A stretch of 59,753 nucleotides of DNA from an uncultured Desulfobacteraceae bacterium (lineage in GTDB: Bacteria > Desulfobacterota > Desulfobacteria > Desulfobacterales > JAABSP01): contig CAZZBE010000001.1 of assembly GCA_964652715.1 (NCBI GenBank), forward strand, positions 1-59,753, given 5' to 3'. Below are positions 59,613-59,753 of the stretch, one piece after another. The position numbers and the translations under genes are program-made. Position 1 is the stretch's first letter. The number at the start of each line of letters is the position of its first letter. The notes beneath the pieces were generated by a model. That model worked only from the letters and a program-made list of their open reading frames with translations, ran no database searches and was not told the DNA's origin.

Positions 59613-59753
59613 CGGAACGCACCTCACTTTTCTTTAAAGATAATGGGGTTGCCTGTATTTTGCCCTTACCGCAATGCGTTTCTGTGCTTTTGAGGATCGC
59701 TTCGTCCCAGTCCATCGGCTCTTCAAGCCCGGCCTTGCGACGCGCCTCTGTGG
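59599..59753 (-). CDS. 3' end of an unidentified CDS entering from the window edge
   Basis: Open minus-strand frame from the edge to TAA at 59601-59599 (..TEARRKAGLEEPMDWDEAILKSTETHCGKGKIQ..). No family recognised. It overlaps the next gene's start by 14 nt. Confidence 0.3.
   Translation of the reverse strand, partial: TEARRKAGLEEPMDWDEAILKSTETHCGKGKIQATPLSLKKSEVRSDGHR

Overview
This 59.75-kb window is GC-rich and is most consistent with a sulfate-reducing deltaproteobacterium (Desulfobacterota-like). All calls rest on motif recognition in the supplied translations and on hand inspection of the DNA; no database search was possible.

The backbone is housekeeping or energy metabolism:
- Dissimilatory sulfate activation and reduction: aprBA-qmoABC, with a convergent sat.
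- A MoxR/Bat (aerotolerance-type) operon of 7 genes.
- A PurS-PurL/purQ purine block.
- A long minus-strand run: rseP-dxr-cdsA-uppS-frr-pyrH-tsf-rpsB, then prmC-prfA-rpmE-rho.
- cca, adk, rpsU and folC.
- The siroheme-dependent (alternative) heme cluster ahbC-hemB-ahbD.
- Four tRNAs: Ala-GGC, Glu-UUC, Lys-UUU and Arg-CCG.

The parts that look accessory or unexplained are:
1. A low-GC three-gene cassette (216-aa unknown, HicB-like, HicA-like) with its own promoter, sitting downstream of the tRNA-Lys/tRNA-Glu pair (6541-8126). This is my best candidate for an undescribed tripartite toxin-antitoxin or defence-type module.
2. An orphan 814-aa all-helical protein with no recognisable motif and its own near-leaderless promoter, just upstream of moxR (30012-32500).
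3. Two paralogous Uma2-family (PD-(D/E)xK) genes bracketing purL inside the purine operon.
4. A DUF433/DUF5615 toxin-antitoxin-like pair inserted in the heme cluster.
5. A ClpX paralogue that lacks the zinc-finger domain and is translationally coupled to ahbC.
6. Heptanucleotide tandem-repeat arrays, one of them inside the 5' end of batD, plus several large nested palindromes beside tRNA genes.

No rRNA, CRISPR array, integrase or transposase was seen. Many long ORFs in the track are antisense shadows typical of GC-rich DNA and were rejected.
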